Made by a program: the position numbers and the translations under genes
Origin: Chrysomallon squamiferum
Lineage: Eukaryota > Animalia > Mollusca
Reading direction: 5' to 3'
DNA: 64,000 nucleotides
Assembly (NCBI GenBank): GCA_012295275.1
Contig: CM022665.1
Coordinates: 35,464,001-35,528,000 of the forward strand
The notes under the pieces: model-generated
Database searches by the model: none
Seen by the model: only the letters and a program-made list of their open reading frames with translations
What the model was told of the DNA's origin: nothing
Shown: positions 37,399-61,913 of the stretch, in pieces
How positions within the stretch are numbered: position 1 is the stretch's first letter
How the letters are laid out: each line of letters starts with the position of its first letter

Positions 37399-40364
37399 AA
37401 CACATGTAGGCTTACATAAACAACGTTAAAAAACAACTATATATATAAATGCCTTGAAATATTTCGTATGCTCAGTTGGTTTTTTTAGTTGTTTTTATGA
37501 CTGTAATATTATACAAAAGTACGACGATAAAATAAGAAGATAATGAGGATATGTTTACCTTTCATTTTTAATCATTAAACGATCTCATACGTTAAAATTC
37601 CAACCACACTCCAAAACAAACAACAAACAAAAAATAAACAAACAAAGCAAACTGAAATGAAAAAAAGAGAAGATATATGTATATATATATATATATATTT
37701 TTTTATATATATGTAAGTAAAACAAACTTAGAAAAAGCAAATGAATACCAAAACAAAACCTGATTAACTCGTACATACAGTGAAATGATACCTCATTCTC
37801 AGTTTACCAATGATTTTTTTAAATTTATTTTTACCTTTCTACCTACGAAATGACGTCACATTAAGTACATTTCAAATAATCTTAATATTTTGTTGTTTTA
37901 GTGTGAATCTTTATTAACGTATATAGGTCTTTTTTCTTTTGTCTTATGTATTATAAAACATTTTATTGGTTTGATACTGATAAATATGATAGAGTAATAT
38001 TTAGTCACTTAATCGTACAGTTACCAACATATGTTAGCGTTCTCACAAACACTTCCCCCTGCAAACAAACGCGCGCAGCTCATTTAACCTGTTTAAATTT
38101 AATACCTTGGATTAAGTGATTTGCATATCATCACAAAATGGGAGGGCGGGTAGTCAAAGTTTGCAAGTCACATGACAGACAGTATTTGCAGACAGCAGAT
38201 GTGCATTTAGTACTTAATTGGGAAAGATTAGTACAATATTTTCAAACCCACCTTTCAAGGGAATTTAGTTTAGCTAGTTAAAACTTCAGTGTTGTGCATC
38301 GTTATATATTGTCAGAGTTTTAAAAAATAATTGCATGTCGTGCTCTAATTTAGAGAAATTTTGAACGAAACAAATTCAGCTGACTTACTGGAATAACAGT
38401 TACCCAGATATATGCATTTATCATTTTATGTACACGTATTTATGTATTATAACAGTTTATGGTTTTGTAATGATACATATGATACTGTAAAATGGTACGG
38501 TATGTATTATGTATGTCGATAGGTATGTCTCTGTCTGTCTGTCTGTCTGTATATTTGTATGCGTGTGCGTGTGTGCGTATGTGTGTGTGTATGTAAAACA
38601 TTAATTTCATATATAAATTAAAAAAAACGTTTAGTACTGTATGACTTCAGAGGTTGCTAAGACATGCATAGACAGATAGCTAACGAAATAACTATTTAAA
38701 TGAATGAATAAATAAATAAAATTAATCTAAACTAAAATACTTCTAGAGACAGCATTAATTTTCTTAGAATGAAAAACAGTAATATTTCTGTGTTGCTGTG
38801 CCTAAGAGAAACTGTGGATAAAATTAACATGCTGATAAAAAAATCCGCATGAATGATATCTAATCAGAGATCAAATAAAATGCATAACACAACAAAACCG
38901 CGCTGTTTGAAATCGCTGATAACAGTACTGCTATCAGAGAATGTTTTGTCTAGTTAGAAAATGAAATCCGTGTTACATAACTAACACAGAACAACACACC
39001 TCTTCAAAACAAATACACAAATCCTCATTTTATAAATAAGCTAATTGAACGTATTATATGCACTTAAGTTTGTTCCCTTTCAAAAAGAAAAGTTAAAATT
39101 ATGTAATATACCGCCTGGTGTGTAATAAAATGCTTATCTACGTGTTTGTTTGGTGGTTTTATTTTTTTATTTTTTTTATTATTATTATTATTTTTTTTAT
39201 TTTATGGAGCTTTTACTTCTATTAAGTATTTAAGTAACATGCACACTTCACTGTATAAATAAAGAATATGTTCAGTTTATATGTCCATCTGTCTGTTTCT
39301 TTGTTTGATAGGCTGTCTGTCAGTATGTATATATATTTGTATATATGTATGTATACATGTATGTATCGATTTATCTGTCTTTCTCTGAATAAATCATTCT
39401 CTTCATATTTTTATCGATCGATTTATTCATCCGTTCATATTTAGTACATTAATCCATATATATGATTGTCTAGTAATCACTAGAAATAAATAACTTTAAA
39501 CTAAAAAATTCCACAAATTTATTAAATATAAATACCTCTGTTACGTTGTTTGTTTGTTGCTCCAGGTTGAAGCCGATCTTGTCATCAAAAAAAATTGTCA
39601 GATGCGAGGCAAAGGAATCAGCATTAATTATTCTTGACCACAATTTTCAAATGATTGTCACAGCTGAATCAGCAAATGTCTACGTTATTCAGTTTCACAG
39701 CTAAAATTACGACTGGACTGCAGAGCCAGATTACTGAAAAAGCGGAAAAAACAAACAGAATAAAGCTGAAAAAGATCGGCGAAAAATTAAGAATTCTTTC
39801 TTAGTTATGAAAATATTTAATTTCTTTTATTTATTTGTTTATTTATTTCATTATTTCATAATTCATTTCGTAAATTTATTGTTGTTGTTGTTATTGTTAT
39901 TATTATTATTAATGTAAACTCATTTATTCTTACTAATTTTCAGCTACTACTTTACGAACATCAATAATTATGAAGTAAAAATAAAACAAATGAAAATTTT
40001 CTAAAGAAAAGGATGATAATCAGTAGGGTTTATTTTTTAACGTAAGATTACCACATTGACAAAACGTCGCAGTCTCCTCACTGTTCAGCAAGGAGAATCC
40101 CTGACTTCTTCACTTAGCGTCTTAATGATTTCTCTTGTTTGTTTGTTTACACTGATATTACAAGGACTGGACAAATATGTGGGATAAGAAATCTGAATCC
40201 GATCGTAGCAACAAATACCATAACCAACATGGAAAGTCTTTTTTTTACCCGTCTTATCTCAAGGCGTACCCCATGACTTCTCAGAAAAGCGTTGTTTAAG
40301 AAAGTAGCGCGTCTATGGGCGGCAGTTTCTGAGTTCTGCCAGGGTTAATTATCTCTTATCGCAG

Positions 40365-40735
40365 CAAACGTTAACGGGTACATGTCCTCAATTCTGGAGT
40401 TCTAACTTTCTTTCGTCACAGGCATTAATGTGTAGATTTTCTCATATTTTGCACTTTTTATGTTATTTCACGACAGATGTTAAGGTGTAGATTTTCTGTT
40501 TTTCACTTCCTATATTATTTCGTGATAGACGTTAACGTTTATATTTTCTCAGTTTTGCACTTCTTTTGTTACTTCATGACAAATCTTAACGTACATATTT
40601 CACGACGGAGTTAACGCGTGGATTTTCACTTCTTTATATTATTTCTCGACGAATGTTGACTGTAGATTTTCAGTTTCGCACTTATTTCACGACAGACGTT
40701 TAAACCATTCTCATTTATGCACTTTCCTGTACGAC
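40365..40735. repeat. Degenerate ~55-bp minisatellite
   Basis: Recurring TTAACGTGTAGATTTTC..TTTTGCACTT..TTATTTCACGACAGA-like units, about 7 copies. Confidence 0.75.
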
Positions 40736-41747
40736 TATTGTAGTATTGTCTTAAGTATTATGTTATGAAACGAGTCAGGTATAAATGCAAAGGAAAAACG
40801 TATTGTAAGTTAATGAAGGACAACAATGTGTTGTATTTCAGTTAATACAGTGCAGTTCAAATTATGCATGCATAGCCGTTAAAAAAAGTGCATTTTTAAT
40901 TAACAACAACGGATCAGCTATACACTTTAAACTTTGTAATATACATCCCGGTTGATTAATAGAGCAGTAGCCTTTTAATAAGGTATTGCGTTTCATTCTT
41001 GGTATACTATTTTTTCTTAATTTTTCTTCTTATTATTATTTATTTAATGAATGATAAAATGGATTCATTGTATGTTTGTAAAGCGCTCTCGGTTTTATTA
41101 GTCAACCATTATACATCAGATATATAATAGAAATAATTATCATTATAATAAAATAAAGACTTACTGAATTTAAATGTTTCTTTCTGTAACGAGCGGTTTT
41201 TTTGTCCTTCCTTCCATCACTCTTTATTTTTCTGTCTTTTTGTGTCTAACGATCATTTATCAGTCTTGTATTTAAATATGTATATATGTATGTATGTATG
41301 TATGTATGTACGTACGTAGGTGTGTGTGTATGTGTGTCTGCATCTGTATGTGTGTTTAAAAATAAATAAAAAATAAACAATAAAAGTTTAATAAATTGCA
41401 TTCTTGCTATGTACGGATAAACCCTTGCAGATCAATATACAAAATGCAGTATTTGTTTCCTTAGATAAATCTGTCTAATAATGCACTTTACATACAAAGA
41501 TTGGTCACAGTGAACAATATACAAAATCTCCGCTTACCTTTTTCGTTATCACCGTCTAAATTCACGAACTAGGTCTTGTTGACTTAGGTTTTTCTTGAGA
41601 CCTTAAGATGTTATCTTCACATTTCTTGAGTTTTATAGTGTGAGTAAAGTTAGCTAGTCCAGTGAGATACATCTTATTTATATAAATTTAGTGTGCGTAG
41701 TCGACTTACAGCTTCATTAGACATATAAATAAATTGATTCTAGGTTC

Positions 41748-41895
41748 TTTCCCCCCTGGTATATTTCCACCTCGTGTTTGATATGAATATGTTTCACATT
41801 ATATATATAAATATATACATATATAACACAGTGTTAGTCATTTTTACCAGGGGGGAAATACCAGAGGAGAAATATTCGGGGGAGGGAAATAAATG
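41748..41895. repeat. Short inverted-repeat element (MITE-like remnant)
   Basis: Perfect 14-bp inverted repeat TTTCCCCCCTGGTA (41748-41761) / TACCAGGGGGGAAA (41845-41858), followed by two degenerate copies. Confidence 0.5.
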
Positions 41896-43315
41896 TATCC
41901 ATGTCAGTCAATGACATTCAGTTTCATTAAACATATATTAAATATAATGACGTATATAGAAGTGAATCATAAATTAATAACTCTGTTTTACGTATATAAT
42001 TTTATACCGCCTTGTCTATCGAATACATATTTAATAATATGGTACAAATCACAGGACGAGCATTCTTGTACACTGCTGATATAAAAGTGAACACTTACGA
42101 ACGACTTTTTATCGACAAGCATCGTCCCCAAAACAGGAGCACTTATATACAAGTCATGGTTATTGACTGGAACGGGATATAGCCCAGTCGGTACACTTGA
42201 GATAGATGGACGGATAGACAGACGAAGAAACAGTCAGATGATGAGAGAATGAGATAAAAATAGGCAAGCTGGTTTACTGACTGACTGATAGAGAGACAGA
42301 AATAATACATACAGATCATTAACAGTGATAGATATTATTACGAAATTGTTTCTTTTCTTCTAAAGATTAAAACATGCCAGTTATGTATGAATGGCCAGGG
42401 GATGCTATGACGTTTCGCAGTTTACCACTATACATCATTAAGCTAAATGTCAGTGTAAATTAATCCTTTGGCGTTTTGAATTTTATATAAAAAAAAGAAA
42501 AAAATGTGACGTGAATGTCAAACAGTACATCACATGAGCACATTTTTCATTTGAACGAAAGAAAAGCACATAACGATCACTTCTTAAAAGTTGTTTCGCT
42601 ATTTGATAAAACTTAGGTTCAAAAAGGTCCAAACGTAACCTTGTAGACTACTTGTGAAACAAACAATGAAGCCAAGATCAACACGTACAATTCGATCTCT
42701 TCAGGCATTTTAACCTCGAGCTTTGGTGTTCAACTAAAACTGATTTTAAAATCATTTCATAATTGATCACCTGTCATAACCAACATGAAGATAAAATAAT
42801 CACAAACATGAAATGTCCTGCCAGCAGTTACTGAGAGACTGAATTTCCATATTTTTTCACGTTTCCTCTCGAAGTATGGAAACCAGGAAGGTCTGTGACC
42901 GACGTGTTGAATTTGAACATGGCAGAATTTAGCAGCAGCTCTTTGAAGTCAGTGTTAAGATTTTTTTTTTTTTATAGACAATACATATAAAGTAGTTCGT
43001 TCGGATATGAATAGACATTGTTTGTTTTCACTTTAAAAAGTCAACAGTTTTAAAGAAAAAATAAAACAATCGTGTTCTTGAACATAAAAGTGTTTTGTTA
43101 TTAGATATCCGTGGCGATTATTGAAGAATATAATTAGATGAAGAAATGCTAGAGAAAACAGTGTAAATGCATGTATGAGTAAATAAATGACTGACTAATG
43201 CAGCGAACATATTTCTATCATAACAGAGAATGAGAGAGGAAACCTGCTTTTGTCGTAGTTTTGTTCTAGACAAGTTAAGCTTAGGGAAAACAATCATAAT
43301 TTGTAGAGACAGAGA

Positions 43316-44036
<721 letters not shown>

Positions 44037-44745
44037 TTTCGCTAAAAACAAAATGTAAGTAAAGGGGCGACTTACAGATTGTATTAAAAAAAAAAAATTC
44101 TATATTTGTAATGCTATACAAAAGTCTGTTCTTTTCATTCAGACATTGTTAATGCACATCGCTAAGTATAAGGATAATGTTTATTGCACAAATAATCCCT
44201 TTCATTTTATGCAATCTTTCGCTGTCAGGAGGGAGCAAAACCGAATTAAAGGTTTACTCGTCTCTAAGCTTTGGTTTACACAACGTAAATTTGGCCTAAA
44301 AAACATTCATTTAAAACCTTAATCATTTGGTATCAAGGTAACATTGTTTCCAGCAATATTTATTTTAAACGTAAGGGTATAAGGGTTGAGGCGGTGTAAA
44401 AAGGTCCATACATGCCACTGTTTTGTACTCTCTGCTTAGACACGAATGTTTGCATTCAAGGACAGCTTAAAAGCACGGTCACGCTTAATACAAGTGGGGT
44501 CATCGCCTGTAATATCTATCAATAGAGAAGATGCCGACTGGGCAATATCATGTTAATTATTTAAAATTCAAATGGATATTATCTTTCTTGCCGGTTTGTG
44601 AACGTGATTTGATTCTGTCTGTATGTCATTCAGTCTCTTTAACCCTATCTTTCTCATTCTTTCTCAGTCTGTTTGTCTCTGTGTCTCCGTATCTCCAGCT
44701 GACTCTCTCTGTCGTCTTCCATATAATTTGAGTTTCGCTGTGTGT

Positions 44746-44990
44746 CAGGGGGTTAGCTATGGTGATAGTATAAAACAACACTAAGGATTGGTGACAGGAT
44801 CTATACTTGATGACACACTTTCTATTCTCAATGCCGCAGGCCTGGTTTGTCTGTGGGAATGTGCGTATAAAAGATCCCTTGCTGCTAATGGATAAAATAG
44901 CTGTGTAATGGTGGTAGCGAGTTTCTTTTTTCACATCGTCATTTTGCTAACAGCCATTGTGTAACTGACACTTAATACTCTTTAATGTTA
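44746..44990 (+). mobile_element. Degenerate SINE-like interspersed repeat
   Basis: Shares an exact 20-mer TATAAAAGATCCCTTGCTGC (44866-44885) and downstream similarity with 56709-56728. Resembles a gastropod tRNA-derived SINE recalled from memory, not verified. Confidence 0.65.
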
Positions 44991-45894
44991 AAAGTAGTGA
45001 TACGTGGCTGAACATATCTCTTCCCTTTCCCTCGATACTGTCCCATGATACAATGCCGTATATTTTACTGTTTCGCTGGTCAGTTTTTTTTTGTTTTTTT
45101 TCCTTACTTCGTACAAATTTATCGTTTACAATGATTTCAATATAAGCCTTATTTGGCAGCGAGTAATTTTATTTGGCATTACTTATTCCATCTTAATTCC
45201 ATCTTAATTACAACAATAACAGTAACAACAAGAACAGACACACCATCTCGACGACTACCGCCACCACCACCACAACAACGATGACTATAAGAATGACAAT
45301 GATGATGATGATGATATTAATAACATTAATTATAATAATTTGCTGTCTGCAATTTTTCTAAATAATAAATGAAGTAAAGATTTACTCTTTTAGATATGCT
45401 TCAGATTCGTGCGGTACAATTTTACTTTTCTTTTACTTTTTTTAATCATCATCATCATTATTATTGTTGTTGTTTTTGTTGTTGCTGTTGTTTTTATTAT
45501 TAATCTTGAAGTTATTATTTTGGTTGTTGCTATAATTATTATTACTTTTAACTTAATCAACTTTCACGTATCTTCTAACCTGCTGCTCTTTCTTTTCTTC
45601 TTCCTTTTATTTGTAGCTAATGAAAAGATCGTGTAGTTCTAGTTATTGAGAATAAAATATGTAATGACGGGATGTATCAGGTTAACACAGAAAGACACTA
45701 CAGGATTTATAGCTACATGCTGTTCATCGTCTTTCATATATATTATATATATTGTATTCTCTAAGTGTATTTTTCATCCGTGTTGGTTAGAATGTGCTGT
45801 TATTTGTGAACACTGATAAATGAAATATATAGCTTTTAAAACACATCTAGGGCATTGACCAACTTGCGCGCGCGCGTGTGTGTTTTTGTCTGTA

Positions 45895-46051
<157 letters not shown>

Positions 46052-46294
46052 GAGATAAACTAGATCAAGAATTTTCGAGAAGAGAGGTGTCATCATTATT
46101 ATAAAATAACTTTCATGGTACAATAAAAACAATTCACAGACAATTAAACGACTAAACCAAAATAACTGGAAACCTCCCAGTCTCTAATGTGAAAAGAACG
46201 AACGACCCTTTGTCCTTAACGGAGCATTCAATGACAGACAGTCGAAGATAATCGTCGAATATCAGTTTAACAAAAGACACAATAATTACCGTGC

Positions 46295-46360
46295 TAGGCC
46301 ACTAGTCACAGTGAATGCATATCCACACCGATAAGGCGTACCCGGTTTGAAACCGGTTTA
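46295..46360 (+). pseudogene. Degenerate tRNA-derived fragment (Val-like 3' half or SINE head)
   Basis: CACACCGATAAGGCGTACCCGGTTTGAAACCGG resembles the tRNA-Val anticodon/T-arm segment; the T-stem hairpin is intact but the acceptor and D arms are not. Confidence 0.3.
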
Positions 46361-48509
46361 TCCACACTACACATGAAGAAACAGATACCGCATTCTGCTC
46401 AAAACTAATCTGGATTTAGAGTTATAATAATACAAATTATTTTACTGTAGATTCTTTCGTTATTAATTCATTTTAATTCGGTTGTTGTTGTTGTTATTAT
46501 TACTTTTATTTCAAGGTAGGCAGCTCTATATGAAATTAATTGCTGTTGCTCGAAGGGAGAAACTCACTTTTTTACAATGGTGATATAATATTTTTCAAAT
46601 GGGTATGTGCATGTGTGTGTGTGTGTGTGTGTGTGTGTTACCGTAATGATAAATACCTAATTAAACTGTGTATCTGAAATTTTATCAGTTATGGAGCACT
46701 GAATCTTAAAATGTTACTGGGGCCCTTCGCAGGCAACAACAAAATTTAGGCAACCACTGTTTTCTACTTCAGTGGACATCTTCAGAGACAAATTATAACA
46801 AATATAAAAATAAATAAATAAATGCAAAAATTAAAAAAAAAAAAAAAAAAAAAAACCAAAAACAACAACAACAAAACAATTAACCACTGGATCTCTAAGG
46901 ATTAAAATGTTGAAACAATGTGTACTAACGTCTCTTCTGGTGGCTCTCTTGGATTAGGGCTTTTCTTTCTTTCCTTGGAAGTACAGTTTCTAATTAACTT
47001 CTCTTCTTAACTTCACTGTGCACATGAAATCTTAATACGATATCGTACGCGAAACCTAATACAGTTCTGTGTAAAACATGAAAACATGATAATTAAGAAG
47101 TAGCAAAACAAACGTCAGTTTATTTAACCAGTGACATTTATCACCAGTGTTTGCTTCTCGACACCGTTAGTTTATCATATTAACATGTCTGGCCAGCTTT
47201 TTTCTTTCTTTGGAGTTTTTTTTACTTGAAATAATACTCGAACAATAGGTGCAAAAAGTCATCAACGACTGAATCATTGTTGTTCGTTAGAAATGCTCTT
47301 TCCCTTCTGTTGGATTTTTGTCTTTTCTTTGAATATCGACATAACATAAACATTAAATCTTGAATTAATTTCAACCCTAATATACAAATCTGTAAATGAT
47401 ATTTTAACGTATTATGTTAAATTATTATGTCAAGCATTATCATTTTTTTTTACTTTCTCTTAGTTCACGAGATAGTTAAGCTTTGTCACCTACATTCCCA
47501 ACAGTTATAATAACATATTCTAATTTCTTAGACGTCATAGGAGTTAGCTATTGTTTCTAAATATTTTAAATTACAAAAACATCCCTCATTCTCATAGAAG
47601 TGCTGCTAACAAGTTTACCGAATGATAACATTACGATATTTTTCTTTTCGCTATTTTATTAGCCCTTAAACATCCACATAAACATTATATATTTTTATAC
47701 TATTTATAATGTCTAAACATTTAGTCTGACAATCAAATTTATAATTTTGATCATGGAATGTGACACAATCAGCTCTTTCATATTCACTGGAAGTTTGTTA
47801 TCTAATCTGATATATTATGCATATAAAGTCGTTCTTCTGTTTATATATCTTCACTTTCACACAAAAACACACACACACCACACATACACACTTACGTACG
47901 TACGTACACAAATAAGCATACACATACATACTTACCCCTCTACCTACCTACCTACCTACATAAGCACATTAACAAAGGCATACAAATGTATGCAATGGTG
48001 GACCTACATTTTTCAGACCTGAAGCTTGAACTGCTATGGGCATCGGCATCTCCGACTTGGGTCTCTCTTGAATTAGGTGTCATCTAGTTTTATAATAGAC
48101 CCGCCCCTGTATAAGTGTGCAGTACAAGAACAATAACTTCAGTTTTTATAATTTTTTTAATTTCAGATCATGTTTTATCAAACATTTTCAAAATGTGCTT
48201 GTGTTAGCACAACACATAAATAAACACTGATTTTTATATTGACAGAAAGAAAAGACGACAGACTACTGTACAATCATCAAGTATTTTATTTGGCATATGA
48301 TTATGAACATGAACTAAATAAACGCTATACAAATGCTTTTGAGGAATATTGTTTTTGGCTGTTATCTATACAATTCAAACTAATTAATACTGGAAGAGGC
48401 ACACATTAACTATAACAAATAGGAGAGATCTGAAGTAAACTAAAATAGATTTAACAAAAATAATACAAAATTATTAAACAATATTCCCTATCCCATAATT
48501 AATTAATTA

Positions 48510-48605
<96 letters not shown>

Positions 48606-49568
48606 AATAATCTTCATAATTAATAATACTGTTATTATAACAGTATTAATTATAATAAGTGTTTTAAAAAATTATGATGATGAATAAAGGTGATGATGAG
48701 TATAATGCCGATAATAAATATAATAATAACAATAATAATTATTATTATTGTATATCACTCATCAATCTTTGCAACATATTTCGTTTAATTCTGTTTAAAT
48801 GTTAAAAATGGCATAGAAAAAAGAAGATCGTAAATAAAAAATAAAAACAAAATAAAAATAAAAAAGTGAATTACTAATTGAGATTAAGAGTAATATGCAA
48901 TAAAAAGGGGGAAAAAAAAGGAAAATAAGTATACCTCCATCCAATAAATAAACAGTTAGTATCATGTGGGAATAAGAACAAGAAATTATAATAATAAAAA
49001 TAAAATTTAATTAAGTATATGAAGATGTTACTGTCTGTGGTTTTCAAATGTGTTAAGTTAGACGATGCAGGGAACATTAATTTAGTGTTACGAAGTAAAG
49101 GTTATCAGTTGAGATATTTGATTTATTAGACAATTTAAGTTATGGAAAAATATATCAAAAGAAGAAAAATTGTAGATCAATATATTAGTCATGAAAGAAA
49201 TAAAACACTAGAGACAGTTTCTTTAAAATGTATTAAGAAATTTGATCGCCAAAAAAATTTAAAAAAAGAAAAAAATAAAGAAACCAACCCCCCCCCAAAA
49301 AAACAAAAAAAAAATTATTATTATTTCGAAAACCGAAAATATCGGTAATTTTAGAAACCATAATTAATTTAGAAACTTTGCGATGAAAAGAAATGATTAA
49401 ATTGTAATAAACTAATTTTTTTTTTCTTCATTTTTCAAAGAAATTTTGGATCTGTAATGCGTGCGGTTAAAGTAAATAAAGATAATTCATAAAATTTGTT
49501 TTGATAATGTTTACTTCCGTAAAAATATCTTTATCAATCGTAATTTTTTCTCTATGATCATTTCTAGA

Positions 49569-49632
<64 letters not shown>

Positions 49633-52540
49633 TTAATTTAATATCTGGTTAATTCGCTTACTTGCGCATGTTTCCAGGATACATATTTTATAAATTTTGT
49701 AAATTAGGTGATTAACATACAATGTTACATCATATTCGCTGTTCATAACAAAAATGCATGATCAGTTAAATACAGATCAATTTATAGAACGTACATAAAA
49801 CTAACACTACCATCATGTCGCCTCTAAACTGATTATGCAACAAAAATCTAAACAGCTATTTGATTCATTCGGAACATCTCATTAGATTCATTTTTTTCAT
49901 AAACATTTATAACCCCCAAACACAGATGGCACCCCCTTTTCAAAAATCTTTATTCCGCTGATGTATGAAGAAAAAGAAACAGAAGAAAAGCATCTCTAAG
50001 TGTCTGGTTACGAAAATTAAAAATAAATTTTTGTGAAGTTTTGAACTCTCTGTGTAATTAGTAAAGTAATTTATTTTCCAAAAACTGCCTAAGTGAATCA
50101 GAAATATCATTATTATTTATTTAATGCAAAGATTTAAAATAATGTTTTTGATGGACTGGTCCTCATCGATAAAATGAACTAATACCCTAAAATCTCGAAT
50201 ATTCTCGTTATATGCGTTGCATTATTTTTTTTTCAACGGACTTAAACGAGGTGTTCCGAATGCTATCTGAATTTGTCAAACTTTCCGATGAAACAACAGG
50301 TAAATTACTGAATTTCGATGATTTAGTAACCTGCATTTAAATTTATGAATATAATTCAAATGACAAATTTGTACAAACAATCATATCAGATCGTTTTAAC
50401 AATAATAAAACACTTTTTCTTCAATGACGACATGTGCACATAAAAAGTAAAGATGACTGAAGTAATTAAAATCATAATATATGATTCTATATACATAATT
50501 TTTTAAAAAACATCATTTATTGTTATAATTTATAAAATATGAATATTAAATCTTTAGTGCCTTTTGTGAGCAGTATGATTGTTTCTATAATAATGGTCAT
50601 TTAATGTCTTTCGTTTCGGCTGGATTTTAGACTTGTAAAAAAAGAAGTATTTACTGATAATGTTGCACACCAGTGTTCCCATTTTACATGCCAAATAAAC
50701 AAGCCATAAAAAGTGACACTAAGCAAGTGAAAATTGCATTCATTAATACACAATGTATATTTACAGTGTAAATGGAATAAAAATTAAAACAGAAGAAGTG
50801 AAAATTAAATATATTGAATATATCGTACAGATTTCTACGAACTTACTCTTTATATTAGCAAAGTTAAACTGACAAAAAAGAGATATTCTGATTGTACTTT
50901 CGAAGACTGATTTTTTGTTTGACTGGAAGCCCACGTACTTTAAACTCAAATACACTATAATGTTATTAGAATTACCAGCAGCAATAAAACATATAAAATA
51001 AGCCAACAGCTGAAAAGAGACTCAGTTAATGTTCATAGTCACAGAATACAAATCAAAATAACACGCCTCGTTATTTAAATGATGTTTTTAAAATACTTTT
51101 TATACAAGACACATAACAAACGTGTCATAACTCTAATGGGATAAAGTACAGTGACGCTGAGTAGTTGCCAGCACTGAAACAGTGAACGGTTTCTATAAAA
51201 TATATAAAAACATTCATCAATGGGTTATAGATAATGTAATAGATATCCGATTTATAACTCCAATGTCAAAATGTACAAATACTTTAATTGGACATTAATT
51301 TATTACAGTTGTAAGTTTCACAAAATGGACCCTTACTTTAGTCAAAACGACACGTTTTAACCAATTTTTATTTGATCTAAATTATCATTTCTTTTATTAA
51401 TTGATAAAGTTTATAAAACAATGTTCTTTTAAACTCTTTATGAAATTTATTTAAAAAAAAAAAATATTTCCAATTACAGAACTTTATTTTAAAACTTGAA
51501 ACATTATAAAAACCATTAAAATAATTTATACTTTGTTTAATTCAGTCATGTAAATATTATTTAACTACGCAGACTACAAAACCTGTACATCAAATAACTG
51601 AACCATAATGAAAATTGAGGAGGAACATTTTAATTATTTAGATGTATCTGAGTCATACGCTTATTTAGTAAGGATTCTTTGAAGAGAAAAAAACAATAAC
51701 CAAGCAAACAGACAAATTAAGTGAAGCAGTTATGAACATAACGCACACACACACTCACACACTTAGATAAATCGTTGAAACGTAAGAAAATAGACAATAT
51801 ACATTTTATTTTAAAACAAAGGTAAACAAACTAAAACATACAAAAATTCTAATTTTACTGAACCACAAAACGTGACTCTGCACTGATGAAAAACGGGAGC
51901 ACAAACTGTACACAATATTGAAACTAACCATCGAAGAATTAGAAAACAAACAATTTGAAGTTCATCAATATGGAAAGGGTATTTACAACATACATTTTTT
52001 TTTTCTCAGTTAGCATAAATTTGCATCATACATCTGAAAACAATAATACGAGACAAAACAAGATCAAGTAAAAGAAAATAAACAACAGAAAATGTTATCA
52101 GGCACATATCTTACTAACCAACAAAATCAACCAAGTAAAATTACTCCGCTCGTATTTTCTAAATACATGGTAAAGGAGATGATCACAATGGCTGTTAATT
52201 TTTTTTCTAAAAAGAAATACACCAGCCTCGTTTTTGGCGTCGTAGTACGTCAAAAACATACGATTGGATCAGACTTACTAAATGAAGTCATTTGATTGGT
52301 TTGCTTAAGGCACTTTTTATTTTAGAGAGAAGCAGATTTCAGCATCTCATGAGATCTGTTCCACCGTCACAACAATTTTAACTGCACCAAAAATTAAAAA
52401 AAAACAAAACAAACTCTTTAGCACATCTTGTATTCCTTGGATGGAGTTCACATACTTGTTCCATTCACTGACATTTTTTTTACGTTATTTATTTAAAAGT
52501 AGGTACATTTGGGGGGTGGGGCTGATCAAGAGTTGTGTTG

Positions 52541-61913
<9,373 letters not shown>

